From Octopus vulgaris (taxonomy: Eukaryota), in contig OX597815.1 of NCBI GenBank assembly GCA_951406725.2, forward strand, positions 110,236,001-110,300,000: a stretch of 64,000 bases of DNA. The letters are read 5' to 3'. Position numbers and translations under genes: made by a program. Of the stretch, positions 13,094 to 27,493 are shown one piece after another (positions within the stretch are counted from its first letter, which is position 1; each line of letters opens with the position of its first letter). The notes below the pieces were generated by a model. That model saw only the letters and a program-made list of their open reading frames with translations. It made no database searches and was not told the DNA's origin.

Positions 13094-13976
13094 GCGCGTG
13101 CGTTGGTCAGTGTTTTTCTTTGCACTGCTAGGAGTCATGACGCTGTATACCAACGTCGTGAATTAATGAACAAGTGAAGTACAACTACATGGTAAGACAT
13201 TTGCTTGTTTGGGGATTCAGTGGGGGTTTGTTGCTCATGTTTATTTATTTTGTCGAACAAGAAATCTCCACTGAGTTCCGGGCATTTGTCTGCCTGTAGT
13301 TGTACTTGGAGGCTCACTTAGCGGTGAGAAGTGTGTTTTGGAGGCGTATCCCTACTCCAATAATTGTGAACATTGTGTTTTTATGTTTTATCCGTTTTTT
13401 GGTGAAATTGTTGTGCGACTGCTTTGTACCCTGGTTTACCAAGTGGATTACCGAGTTGGCCAGGAGTACCAAGACGGCCAATTTGCTGTGTTTTTGAACT
13501 GTTTTTTCTTTTCTTCTTCCTTTCTTCCATCATTGATTTGTTTTTTTTGAACTCTTTGAACTTGTGTTTTTCTGTTAACTTTTTTTTCTCAAAAAACATG
13601 GAAAAAAGATGAACATCACTGCGTTGGAGTGGGAGATTATCCCACCCAAACAGTGGATGAAAGACTTTGAAGGGAGGACGGTGGTGTTGAGGGCTTACTC
13701 GAAGTCACTCGACAACATCGTCCTCTTTAAAAAGATACAAATTGAAAAAGAGTTGGTAGAGTATCTGCCATGTATAAAATTTATTGCCAGGGGTGTCAAG
13801 TATGCAACGGTGTGGTTGCTATTTGACAACCCTGAGGAGGCTCGCAAATTTGCGAGCCAGCCCTTAGAGGGCAAAGAGATTTTGCTTCTTTCCACGTATT
13901 GTGGGAAGAAGTCGATTAGAGATTGAGTCTGCGCTTTGCCACCTGGGATAGAACCCGAGTGGATAGAAGACACTAT
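13094..13976 (+). mobile_element. Probable 5' UTR plus ORF1 N-terminus of an L1/Tx1-like LINE, inside a family A SINE (head 13064-13093, tail 13977-14190)
   Basis: ORF 13609-13926 continues in frame past a TGA (probably from CGA) as ..KKSIRD*VCALPPGIEPEWIED, resembling the R.V..LPP.I motif of LINE ORF1 proteins; a pyrimidine-rich leader follows a CAGT near 13108. Confidence 0.5.
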
Positions 13977-14267
13977 GTGTGTGTTTGTGCGTGTATGCGT
14001 GCGTGTTTGTCCCTGATCGCCGCTTGACAACCAGTGTTGGTGTGTTTACTCCCTCGTAACTTATCGGTTCGGCAAAAGACACCGATAGAATAAGTATCAG
14101 GCTTCAAACAATATAAGCACCGGAGTCGTTTCATTCAATTAAAACTTCTTCAGGGCAGTACCCAAGCATGGCCGTAGTCTAATGACTGCAACAATTAATC
14201 TGTAATACGCGTGTGTGTGTGTGTGTGTGTGTGTGTCCGTATATGTATATGCATACTTATATATATG

Positions 14268-14301
<34 letters not shown>

Positions 14302-14337
14302 TGTATGTATGTATGTATATATATATATATAAATATG

Positions 14338-14401
<64 letters not shown>

Positions 14402-14435
14402 TATATATGCATATATATAAATATATATATATATA

Positions 14436-14566
14436 CAGGGTGTCCAAAAAAAATGTATACACACCTTAAATAATAGTAAATTTGTTATTCTTTATAAGCC
14501 TAGTACTTATTCTATCGTTCTCTTTTGCCGAACCACTATGTGTATACATTTTTTTGGGACACCCTG
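14436..14566. mobile_element. Tc1/mariner-type MITE with TA target duplication
   Basis: TA-CAGGGTGTCCAAAAAAAATGTATACACA .. TGTGTATACATTTTTTTGGGACACCCTG-TA; TIRs of about 28 bp. Confidence 0.85.
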
Positions 14567-14613
<47 letters not shown>

Positions 14614-16512
14614 AATATATCAAGAAAATCAAAAACACGTACATAACTTTCATTAATATTGTGTGAAATTTATGAATATGGGAAAATAAACCCAGGGCGC
14701 ATTCTGCATAAAATGCATAGAGTAACGTGAAGATTGTAATATAAAATGCATAGAGTATTGGGAAGATTTTAGTATATTGTGTAATAAACTGGAGCTTTTG
14801 TTGTGGGAAGAGTTCTTAATCAATTGAAAATAACAATTTTTATAAATTTATCTTCTTGGGATCATCACTGATTAAGGTATTTGAGAAGAGGATTTAGGTT
14901 TTTGACTTGTTATTATTTGATTTCTGGTAATATTTGAAATAATTCCATTCTGCTGCAAGGATCAGCTTAATGTTCATGTATTTTCTTTCACCTTTTGTGC
15001 CTTAGTTTCTCAAAAAATTTCTGAATCGTTCGCTGGACGATACAGAAAAAAAAAGAGCTTTTACGTGGTCGCTCGACATACTAGAAATAGAAACCAAAAC
15101 TACTTGAGTTCACGCCCTACATACAAATGTATTCCGTAATATACAAAAAGCTTTTGATTGTAATATACAAAAAGCCTTTGATTGTAGAGCCCAAGTAGAG
15201 TTGACCAAGCAATAAACGATTAATCGCCAGTTAAATGGAAGTAAATAGGAATTTAAATCTTCGTGAAAATCACTCGTAAATAATGTACTTGACTTGAACA
15301 AGTTGATGTAAATACTTTAAGTTTGTAGTTTATAGTTGTTTGGCGATCATGATAAAGACAACGACTAAGTTTCAAGACGGATGGTATTTCAAGATATTTG
15401 TCACACAGAAATTAATAGAACTCAAACAAAAAACAGCCTTTTAATATAGAATTCCATAATGTTCATGTTATCTTCTCCTTATCTCTGTCTCTCTATACTT
15501 CAGAATTAAGTTTCTCTTTCTCTTCAAGTCATGGTGTAACACAAGCTTTTAACGCTGTATGTATTATCGGCAGGTGTGAAGCGTAGGCTTCCCAAAGAGA
15601 TAAAAAAGAGCAGCGGTTTAAAAGACATTTTTTTTCTGTTAGTCGTTTTGAGGTTAACATTTGAGAACGACGGAATCAAATATGTTTATGTGTGATTTAC
15701 TGACAGACGTAAAAGTTAATCTATCATCACAGTGATTATTTCTTTGACATGACCAGTTAAGTATGTGAATGTAGTGTCCGATTCGTTTTCCTAAGATGGC
15801 CAAAGATTTACACGGTGAGATGAAGTAAAAAAAAATGATATATGTAAAAGAAAGATCTAAAATATAATTGTTAATTACGCATCAAAGAGCAATGTTATAC
15901 AGAATTTTGAATAGCGGTTGAATGCAAGCATTTTAGCTGCTTCAAGGAATGTTTCAAGTTTACAAGGAATTTAATTCTCTTTAGAATGCGATTAAGTTAT
16001 GGTAAGATTAACTTTTTGGTTAAACGGGTTGTTTGATTGACAGTGGTCGCATTGGCATGAAGAAATGAAATTTAAACACACAAAAAATGGAAGTTTGCTT
16101 GTTTATTTGATCAAGTGATCAAAACTCCTGATATTATAATTTTAAGTAGGTAATTTAGTATGTATGTAAGTATGTATACATATATACACACACATATACA
16201 CAGACACACACACATACGCACAACACACACATCGTGAATCTTGTGATTGGTGCATCGTAAACATCTTATTCATCTCTTTTATAAATTCGTGAGTAAACTA
16301 AGGAACCAGGAAGATATTACTCGTGAAATATGTTCCTTGAAAGATGTTTGCTAAGTGCGATTGTTAGCCTTTAAATATAGCATTCCAAAGTGATACAGTT
16401 GGGCCTAGAAAATTACTATCCTTGCTGAAATAAATTCAATTTTAGTCTTCTAGTCAACCTTGTGCACTAATTTAATGTACCTATTACTTTATCACATGGA
16501 ACTTGATATTAC

Positions 16513-16583
<71 letters not shown>

Positions 16584-16725
16584 ATGTGTGAGTGTATATG
16601 TGTTTGTGTTGCCATAGTTTTCTTTTTCTATGACAGGCTGTATGCATTGAGAGAATTTGGCTGCTATTTCCTGGATATCGGCTACTTGCATAGAAAATCT
16701 TGGCTTGTGGGCGCGCATGTATTCA

Positions 16726-16778
<53 letters not shown>

Positions 16779-16816
16779 GTATATGTATGTATATATGTAT
16801 GTATATAAATACTTAT

Positions 16817-16877
<61 letters not shown>

Positions 16878-17330
16878 TGCATAAATACGTGTATCTGTGA
16901 GCGTGTGTTGTGACCTGGGCAAAAAGGTAAATGATATAAAGATAGTAATACAGAATCCTAATGTTTATAATTTTACTCAAATGTCAGCATTACTCTATGA
17001 CATATAATTCTTTATTCTTTGTATCTACGGCATCAGTATTGATTTTTCAGTCGAATGGTAGAAATACCGTCCAGCAATCTCATTACATTTATCTCCCCTT
17101 TTAAACTTCTCCTTTCTCACTCCTTTTATTTACATATGAATATTTCGTGAGGTTTTCATACTGTAAATCTTTCATGTCTGTCTTAATTTATACATACCTT
17201 TCTTATAATTCGTCTCTTCATTAATCACTGCATATTCTAATTGCCTTCTTGGGTTCTGCTACCGCCTCTCATTGCCGTTATGCGTCCAATTCTTCAATTT
17301 CTTTCTTCTCATTCAAGACGATTTGTACAT

Positions 17331-17361
<31 letters not shown>

Positions 17362-18507
17362 CAGTCGCGTGCTCGCACGTTAACCCCAGAACACACACTC
17401 ACGAGATTTGTTCATGAAAAGTGAATCATGTGATCGAAATATGATTTTGTTTTACTTTGTAACACAAAACTAATATGCAAAACACAAGACATTTCTAGAA
17501 TGGTATTTAAACACGTGAAAACAATGATAGTAGAACACTCTGCTGTTCTTCCATCTCTCTTTGTTTTTCCTCTTTTATTCATGATTTTTCTCCATCCTTT
17601 CTTTCTCAAACATTTTGGCACTTTATATTGACCAGAAACGCCAGTCATAGTAACGTACTCACCCAGATGTACTTGGCCTAATCAACGTTGGCTTTTGAGG
17701 GTAATTAAGTGTGTTTGGCGCGATCTCTTTTAGACTTGGTTTTAGAGAATTGTTCTCGTTAGGCAAGGTATTACGATAGCTTCTCCATCGGCTGTGCGAT
17801 AAAAATGACAACACAGACACATCACAAAAGCGGAAAATTGCACGAGATTGCCTAAGCCTGGCTAACTAATGAAAGCTGGCGATACCAGAAGCAATTATAA
17901 TTATACAGTTATTCGATGAAATAAGCATTTTCCAGAGAACAAGGCAGCCATTTAAATTTTACGTGACAACCAGGTTGATTTGATCTGGGGCCGGTTCTCC
18001 TTCTTGATGGCGTACTTCGCCGTTGCTGATAGAACTCGTTCGCGTGCCACATTGACGAAGATAACTGTTATTAAGAGGATGTCTGTGTTATTTTTCATTT
18101 AACAACTTTCTGTCAGTTTTCACATAGACACCAAGCTAGGGCAAGCCATAACACAAGTTACCGTAGTATGGAAATAAATGATTTGACTGTCAGCGGACAG
18201 ACGCATTTATCTTTACAGCATATGGATCTATCTGCATCCCCGAATGGGGGACAGTAACAGTAGAATATTGCATGTGAATAGATTAGATGTGTGTGAATGG
18301 TTTCGGAGTAAGCTTGTTTCGATGCATTTATGTGTAAACGTCAATGATTACGTCTGCATGTGTTCTGTACAGTCAATATCTCTGTGACATTAAAAAGTAT
18401 ATTTATGTGTCCTTCGAGCTTACATATACATAACACACACACACACACACACACACACATACGCACACACACTCATACATACATATATACAGATATATAT
18501 ACATACC

Positions 18508-18540
<33 letters not shown>

Positions 18541-18599
18541 ATGTATGTAGGTATGTATACATGTATACATTGATACATACACACAGGCACATATATATG

Positions 18600-18655
<56 letters not shown>

Positions 18656-18770
18656 AATATATACAATATATACACTTATGGACACATATACACATACATA
18701 GATATACATATATTCATCAGTCTATCTATATAACAGTCTGTTACACACTTTCTTTCTCACTCACTCTTTC

Positions 18771-18812
<42 letters not shown>

Positions 18813-18924
18813 GTATATATATATATATATATATATACATACATATATATATCGTAATACACATGTATACATATATATGTTTGTGTATAAATATATGTAT
18901 GTATGTGTGAGGGAGAGAGGGTGT

Positions 18925-18988
<64 letters not shown>

Positions 18989-19640
18989 CTGTGTGTATGT
19001 GTCTATGTTTGTGTGGCTTATCTTTCATTTTCTTTTGATCTCACCATGTATTTCGTTTGTAAATTCTTTCTTACTTGATTCTCAAGTATAATTCCCTCTT
19101 TCTTTCTTGCTTTCCCTCTCATCTTTCTCTGCTCCGATCTACTTTTCTTAATCCATCAACTGTCTCGCACTCAAATGCATCTACTTTAAATCTATCTTAT
19201 ATAATACTTCTGATGTCAGTTTTTAATTACGTATATAGATTTTAAGAATAACTATATATTACAAGTATTGTTATTTTTACCTCTTTTGTTTAATCCATGG
19301 TTAGTCGTGTCTAAGCAGATTTCTGAAAATCATTCTATCTGTAGCTATCTTAAATTTTTAATAGACTTTTATGCGTGCATAACTTGAAGTCTCAATCAAC
19401 ACAAACATAAAAATAAAGTTGAGTCTGCTCTCACTATGGAGACATTCTTTCAGTAAAAGTTACGTTCACAATCGACGTTCTTAAAGAAACTTTTCATTAG
19501 GTATCTCGATTAAATACACACACACACATACACGTACACACACACACACGTATACACACATATACGCGGGCGTGTACATAGAAACACACAACTTACATTT
19601 ATAAATATATATATATACATACACCTCCCTCCCTCTCTCT

Positions 19641-19689
<49 letters not shown>

Positions 19690-19691
<2 letters not shown>

Positions 19692-20230
19692 GTGGGGCAA
19701 TAAATATTCGTACAGCATCGCAATCAAATGATCTGCAATAAAGTGGAATAAGTGTTATTGTATATAAGCACTACTAACACTTGCTCCCAAAATTTGGTAA
19801 GTACTCTAGTCCATTCTTTGAACATTTAACTCTACTTCTTCAGGCAAGTGTTGATGATGCTAACATTCTCATAGTACAGTATGTTCAAAATATCTCCAGG
19901 GAAAGTAAGCCACCCAACCTTATTACTACAATACTTATATTACCCCGAGGATTACAAGTAGGCACGAGTATCAATTTTTACCAGGAGATTCTTGGTGTCG
20001 ACCAATATCAACTGCTTACTGCGGAGTACTTTGAACCCGGTGATTAAAGGACTACTTCCAGAATTTCCTGGTCTGGGTGACGGTTCAGAATGAATACTTC
20101 AAGCGCAAAAGCACCATCAGCTATAATTCTTGTTGCGCCTAGAGCGACAAAACCAATCTACATGCAGTCGTTCAGTTTTTGAGTATTGATAATGAAGATC
20201 GGCCTATCGCCTTCCTTTTGTAAGTAAAAG
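19690..20230 (-). mobile_element. Highly decayed Tc1/mariner-like remnant
   Basis: CAGTGGGGCAATAAATATT resembles Tc1 termini; minus frames keep only weak DGA and P*SP remnants. Confidence 0.35.
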
Positions 20231-21551
20231 CAGCTGATTTCTGGTACTTGATTATATTATAAAAATATGCAATGTTTCATAATTCCTACATATAATATAT
20301 TTTCATCCCTTGTCTTTGTGGCTAAAAAAAGAAATGATTACGGTGAGCTGATTACAGATGCAGGAGAATGCATTGTGATATACGTTACGGCTCTTTACGT
20401 TCTGAATTCATATCCACCAAAACTTATGTCAAAAGCAGAGAAGATAAGGTACAGAGATGAGAGATTCCAAGCAGAGTATAAAGCACTATATAACAACGTT
20501 AATAGTCACGATCCCTAGAGTAGAAAGGATAAACACTGACGATGTGTTAATGATATGCCTCTAGAAATAAATATTACTCGTTTGTGGCGTTGCTTCTTTT
20601 CTACATGAAAGACAAAACTAACATTTTACAAGACCAGAGGCACGAAAAATTAAAAGAGTTAGAACTACTGAACAAAATGTGGAATAACCCTTATTGGTTA
20701 ATATGCCAGGATGCACGAAAATGTTCGTGACTGTTGAAGGTGGACTTATAAGGTATCATTTGGTGGGTTTCTGTCTATAGCAAAGTAAGACAAACAAAAT
20801 ATCCTACTCCTACCGACACTTTCAGCACAACAACAACAACAACACCAACAGCATAAGCAACGGCAGCATCAACGGCAGAGTGCAATCCCATGAGCCAAAA
20901 AGTGATAGCAACTGTTAAACTTAACATTAGTGGCCGCGAAGGCAGCAGTAACAGCAACACCAGTAGCACCAGCAACAATGGTAACGGAAAGCGCACTAAT
21001 GATGAAAACAACAGTAACAAAAAGAGCGAAAGAAACTCCATCCTCAAGAGTCACCACATCACACCAGCAACGGCAATTGAAAGCCTCCAAATAACAACAA
21101 CTAAATTATGCCTCTCTCCGTTTGTTGTATAGCGAATATGACGGAAAAGAGAACTCATGCCAACCAAAACTAGTTAGGAAGTGCAAAGGGAGGGACCTCT
21201 TAACCAGAATGTAAGCTGTTGGCCATGGATGTGAACGGTAACGGAGCAGAAGTTCCTTTAGGCTAGTAACTGTACGTCGGGAGGGTCATATGCAAATAAT
21301 GAACTCACGCACTGGTTTAATTTAAGCCCTTTCATCACCCTTCGCGATGAACTTCAATACTACCTGTTTCTTAGTTTTAAATCATATATCTATGTAGTTT
21401 TATGGGAGTGAATAAGAATATGAGAGAGGGAGGGGTGAGATATTGAAAGATAATGTGTGTGTGTATGTGTGTGTACGCGTGTTTATGTATGCGTGTGATT
21501 GTACATTCATGCGTTCTGATGTACGTGTAAGCATTTTTGTGAGCGTATGGA

Positions 21552-21770
<219 letters not shown>

Positions 21771-22911
21771 CACTTTTTCGTGATACTATTTTTCAGCAGC
21801 AACCCATTCACTCGAAACTGTAATTTCATTGTTTCTATGGCTGCAGCATAAGCAGTAGCTGCGTGTGATGTCGTCGTCTCTGTGCAATATTACTTCTGTG
21901 TTGCAGTACAAGGGAGAGCAGCAGCCTCTTGGTTATTCCTGGTGTGTAGTAAGAACTAATGCTGTTATTGATATTTGTTTTGCTTTTCCCCGTAGAGATT
22001 CTTGAGTTACAGAAAGGGAAATTACTAATGAAATTCACGCAGTATCTGATTCTGCTTCCTTTCTTCCATAAATTATACTTGGTAATAATATTAATATATA
22101 CAACAAATACTTTGTCTATTTTCTGATGTGTAATAACTCTGATTTATATATGATCTAATGGAGAAATGTTAAACTATAAGTGCAGGGGTACATTTCAGTT
22201 AACAGACTATAGTTATAAATATGTAATGTTTTGGGTATTTGCATTGTTTTTGGTAGTGTTTTCCGACTTGAATAATAACTCGAGAATAACACTATTTATT
22301 CTTCAACTTAGTGTTATTATATTTTGGTTCCATGTCAGAATATCTACGTTTCTATTATGTTAATATGTACTTATTTTTATATGTTTTTTGGTTAAAAAGT
22401 GGGTATGATTTGAAGAAAATTTAGTTGCTATTTCTAGCTGGTTAAGTGACACAAGAGAAGTTTTCTTGTTGGCTCGCTCGGTGACACTTCGTAATTTCTA
22501 AGCTGGAACCATATAAAGTCGCTCAATTCTAAGTAAAATCACACCAGGTAACCACTAATTACTCCTTCTTAATCATAGGCCTTTACTACATGATATCAAC
22601 ATATTCCTTTCAAATCTAATTTAAAATATATAGCAGTTTTGTATCAAATTTAAGATGCTGTTTCTATAGATGTCCTGTTCCATATATTAAGTTTAGGATT
22701 GTAGAATTACATCTGAGCGTTACTTTCATGGTTGTTTGGGTCTCAAATAGAAAGCATTGTTTTCCTATACTAACATTGTCACGATTTCAATAACGCGATT
22801 TCAATAATTAACGAACATTAAATTTGAAACCAATAAACAGCGAATATTATCTTATATGTCATTCATAAAAGAATATTTTCAACAATAAGAGATACTTTAT
22901 ATTTTATGCTT

Positions 22912-23305
22912 ACTCTCTTTTACTCTTTTACTTGTTTCAGTTATTTGACTGTGGCCATGCTAGAGCACCACCTTTAGTCGAGCAAAGTGACCCCAGGACT
23001 TATTCTTTGGAAGCCTAGTACTTATTCTATCGGTCTCTTTTGCCGGACCGCTAAGTTACGGGGACGTAAACATACCAGCATCGGTTGTTGGGGGACAAGC
23101 ACATGCACACAAACATACACACACATACACATACATATACATATATACGACGGTCTTCTTTCAATTTCCGTCTACCAAATCGACTCACAAGGCTTTGGTC
23201 GGCCCGAGGCTATAGTAGAAGACACTTACCTAAGGTGCCACACAGTGGGAATGAACCCGGAACCATGTGGTTGGTAAGCAAGTTTCTTACCACACTGCCA
23301 CTCCT
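22912..23305 (-). mobile_element. SINE family A, near full length
   Basis: Reverse complement matches 25605-25978 throughout. Confidence 0.9.
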
Positions 23306-25474
23306 TCAAATATTTTCATAACCTCACATTTTCACATTTATTATTGACTTCAATTGAGAAAGGTCTTAGGCGAGTAACCGGCATAGAAGAGAAAAGCAAG
23401 CAAATTTCCTTCAAAACCCATCCTGCTCGCAATAAAAAGATGGACAAACTGTATAGTGTAATCCAGGAAAATAATGAGATTGTCTTAATGAAACAGATTT
23501 AACTATAGTTTTCTTCAAATTCAGTTATCCTGAAGTTGAACAACATTTGTATTACAATGACAAAAAGTATGGTGGAGATAATTTTCGTTCAGAATGTTGT
23601 TTATATGAGAAATGATTCAATAATTTAAATACACGAAATATAATTCCAGTTAGTTTTCTTCAACACTTGTTTTGGGTGGATTGCTGTAGCATTGGTGAGG
23701 AAAGATTGTTTCCAAAGCAGGAATGTATACCTGTAGTGATTGTTCTCTTGAGAGTTTTACACAAACATGTCAAAGTTACGGATCAAGTTAGCACCAGCAG
23801 TAGCACAACATAACCACTAACAAGACGGATACCTTACATGGTCCCTCGACCTACCAGGAATAGCAGCCAGAACTCACCCAAATCACACATTAATTTCTTG
23901 GAAGTGAATGCCTAAATATATTTTTTTCAAATGGTAGAACAAAAAATTAAGACAGAGAAGGAGTAGAGAAGGAGATAATGGGGAAATATTTCATAGGAGT
24001 ACTTTGGTAAACTGAAAGAAAGGGAAACTGCTAATTTGGTATCCATGAAAGGCGTCCCTAATCTCAACTAGTTGCAATGCTAGCGGTAATATTACTGTTT
24101 AGCTGCTCGACTGAGCATACATATGATCAATGACGTTCTAGACGTGACCATCTGAAAACTAGGACTATATTATCTAATGTGTTTTTCAATTTCAAGGCAG
24201 TAGTGAATTAAAGGAAAGTTCCCTGCTATTTCTTGCATGTCAACCGATCTGGCAGAAGCGCTCTTTGCGATCATCCCGACATTCTTTCAGTATACTCAAA
24301 ATCTCATTATACAGTATCGTTCCAAGAGACGCAGAAGTAATTTTAAGTAAGTTTTTTAGCTGCTATTTCTGGCACATTAGGCAACCAGGAAGGCTTCCTT
24401 CTCTGGCACATAGTGGTGTTATTAGTGATTGTGTTGCGCTACTGCTGGTGCTAATTATCATGATCATGCTGATAAAACCATTAAATGAAGTCGATAATTA
24501 ATGGTTAATATCACTTTACCATGGCCACATTGTTACCAATTCTGTTCTCAGCATACTCACTGCAACCTAGAATTAAATATATAGAATTTTTACAATTTAA
24601 AAGAAAACCAGTTGATTAGACGTACTAAAATGTATTTATTAAAATACTCATATTAAATTCTTTTATTATAGATATGTGATATGCCATAATTAACCACTAG
24701 ATACATGCTAATTTCATTCAAGGTAGTAAGTGGTAAGGTCAAAAAAAAAAAATAGAATTAAATAATTTTACAGAGACTTGGCAAAATGAATGCATGCATA
24801 TTTATATATGTATACGCGCACACATTCACACTCACACACACACACACACACATATATTGTTGACGTCATAACAGTTTTATAAACTTTCGAGTGAACGTGA
24901 ACCAATTCTTCGGAATATCTCCAAACACACACTTAGTGCTATAAATAAGTATACAATTATTAGTAAAAGAATGAAAACTCGCGTATAGTGAAATTCGATG
25001 ATTGCCACTGGGGTTCGAGTTCACATTTCTTGCAGACATGACAAGCGTGCTACAATTCTAACAAAGCAGGCTTTCGATTTTCTCCCTCCTTTTAAGAAAT
25101 GTTATTCTTACCAGCGAGAATTGTATGTTATTTATAGTTTTATGTGTGTGCTTCGAGATACCCTCAAATTGTTTGTTTTCGTTCTCTCGAAAGTTTATAA
25201 AATTCTTTTAATGTCAACATCATTCAATTCTCCTTGGAAGGAATGATTTTCTAAAACGGATAAAGAAGTTTGAAAGATTGCTTTGTGCAATGGTAAAACT
25301 CCTATCACGTCTACAAGAAATGGGGGTTTCAAGTTCCACGGGCAGCCTTGGAATTTTTCTGTTGAAGGTGTATTTTCAACCCAATATTCATAGCTTTATG
25401 TGTGTACATTACGTTTAGTCATAGTTGGTGGTACCAACAATTTGTGTTAGAACTCAATAAATTTATACTTCACG

Positions 25475-25592
25475 GCTTATGGCCACATCACGTTGAAAGC
25501 ACCGGTTCTCGTCCGATCACCGAAGTTAAGCAACGTCGAGCCTAGTTAGTACTTAGATGGGTGACCACTTGGGAAACCTGGGTGCTGTAAGC
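25475..25592 (+). rRNA. 5S rRNA gene copy (orphan; possibly a pseudogene)
   Basis: GCTTATGGCCACATCACGTTGAAAGCACCGGTTCTCGTCCGATCACCGAAGTTAAGCAACGTCGAGCCTAGTTAGTACTTAGATGGGTGACC..GGTGCTGTAAGC; about 118 nt; 9-bp terminal helix; no T4 terminator. Confidence 0.93.
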
Positions 25593-25604
25593 GTCACACA
25601 TTTA

Positions 25605-25978
25605 GGCGTAGGAGTGGCTGTGTGGTAAGTAGCTTGCTTACGAACCACATGGTTCCGGGTTCAGTCCCACTGCCTGACACCTTGGGCAAGTGTCTTCTAC
25701 TATAGCCTCGGGCCGACCAAATCTATTGTGAGTGGATTTGGTAGACGGAAACTGAAAGAAGCCCGTCGTATGTATGTATATATACATATATATTTATGTG
25801 TGTGTGTGTGTGTGTGTATCTGTGCTTGTTCCCCCCAACCAACATCGCTTGACAACCGATGCTGGTGTGTTTACGTCCCCGTAACTTAGCGGTTCGGCAA
25901 AAGAGACCGATAGAATAAGTGCTAGGCTTACAAAGAATAAGTCCTGGGGACGATTTGCTCGACTGAAACAAGTAAAAT
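25605..25978 (+). mobile_element. SINE family A directly downstream of the 5S copy
   Basis: GGCGTAGGAGTGGCTGTGTGGTAAGTAGCTTGC..CCGGGTTCAGTCCCACTG head; small deletion in the tail between GACT repeats. Confidence 0.9.
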
Positions 25979-26029
25979 GCAACAGAAAAAAATACTATGT
26001 GCATAAAAATAGGTCCATAATAATGGTTT

Positions 26030-27268
26030 CATATGTTTGGCACAAGACCAGCACATTCTGGGAGAAGAGACAAGTCGATTACATCGACCCTGGTGATCTA
26101 CTGGTACTTATGTAGTCGACTTAGAAAAGACGAAAAGCAAAGTTGACCACGGCGCAATTTGAATTTAGAAGTAATGACGGACGAAATGCCGTTAATTATT
26201 TTGCCCCACTATTTAAGGATTCTGTCAACTCACAGATCTAGAGAAGTCTATGATAATAATACCAGTTATTTGTAAAAGATGCGCAGTGCACAAGTTTGCC
26301 GGTTGTGGGTTGGTCGAGTATATCGACTCTAGTAGCACTTGACTTCTTTTTTGTCTTATAGACTGCAAAAGGGATGGAAGGCAAAAGTCAGCCTCGGTAG
26401 TTCCGAAAGAACAGTGGGAAGAACAGATTAGCACTTATTTACTGATTTACTGACCACGAAAGCATGAAAGACAAAGTTGATCTGAGCATGATTTGAATTC
26501 AGAGTCCAGAGAGTAGAAATAAATGCCATGCGACATTTTATTCAACGCTCATACGTTTCTCTACCTACGTTAGAAATCATTATTAAATTCAGAACAAATG
26601 ATCGATTATAGCCTTAACAGTTTCTTCTACTATTTAACACATGATTAATGACAAAATCCCATGGACAATATTACTTTAGTATATATTGATTTATTGCTCT
26701 GATGTTCATGTTGCAATTTTTTTTTTTTTTTGTGAACAAATATAGTTTTCAAAAAAATAATTCACAAATGATTCAGATTTCTTTCCAAACTATTCTAGCG
26801 TGTGATATAATTATAACAATAATGTTTTCTGACACTGGCAGAAGGTCATAAATTTTAGGAGATGAAATATAGTCGATTCAATTGACCCTTACGCATGTCT
26901 GGAGTTTTATTTTATATTTTCTATCGAACCTGGGTCGGAATGAAATACAAACTCAACCGTGGTTTCATTCTAACTCAGACAGCAAAGAAACGTTCAACAG
27001 AGTCTAAACATTTTAATAACTAAATGCAAGAAGGCATATTTTCTCACAATAATTTTTTCTTACTATAGGCACAAAACCTGAAATTTGTGAGAGGGGGATA
27101 GTCGATTAGATCGACCCCAGTGCGTAACTTGTACTTATTTAATCGACCACGAAAGGATGAAAGGCAAAGTCGACCTCGGTGGAAATTGAACTCAGAATGT
27201 AACAACGGGCGAAATACCGCTAAGCATTTCGTCCAGCGTGCTAACGATTCTGCCAGCTCGCCGCCTTA
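26030..27268 (-). mobile_element. Cluster of SINE family B copies of different ages; best copy 27055-27268
   Basis: Repeated GTCGATT..ATCGACCC and GAAAG.CAAAGT.GAC motifs; head CTGCCAGCTCGCCGCCTT. Confidence 0.8.
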
Positions 27269-27307
27269 TGAAAGTTCACTACTATAATAATAATAATAAT
27301 AACAATA

Positions 27308-27381
<74 letters not shown>

Positions 27382-27462
27382 GCAATAATAACAATAACAA
27401 TAATAATAACAACAACAATAATAATAATAATAATAATTATTATTAGTATTATTATTATTATT

Positions 27463-27493
<31 letters not shown>

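Noticed and set aside
20775-21132. S/N/T-rich ORF as a host exon
   Set aside because: Degenerate CAA/CAG low-complexity sequence with no recognisable domain or clear splice sites.
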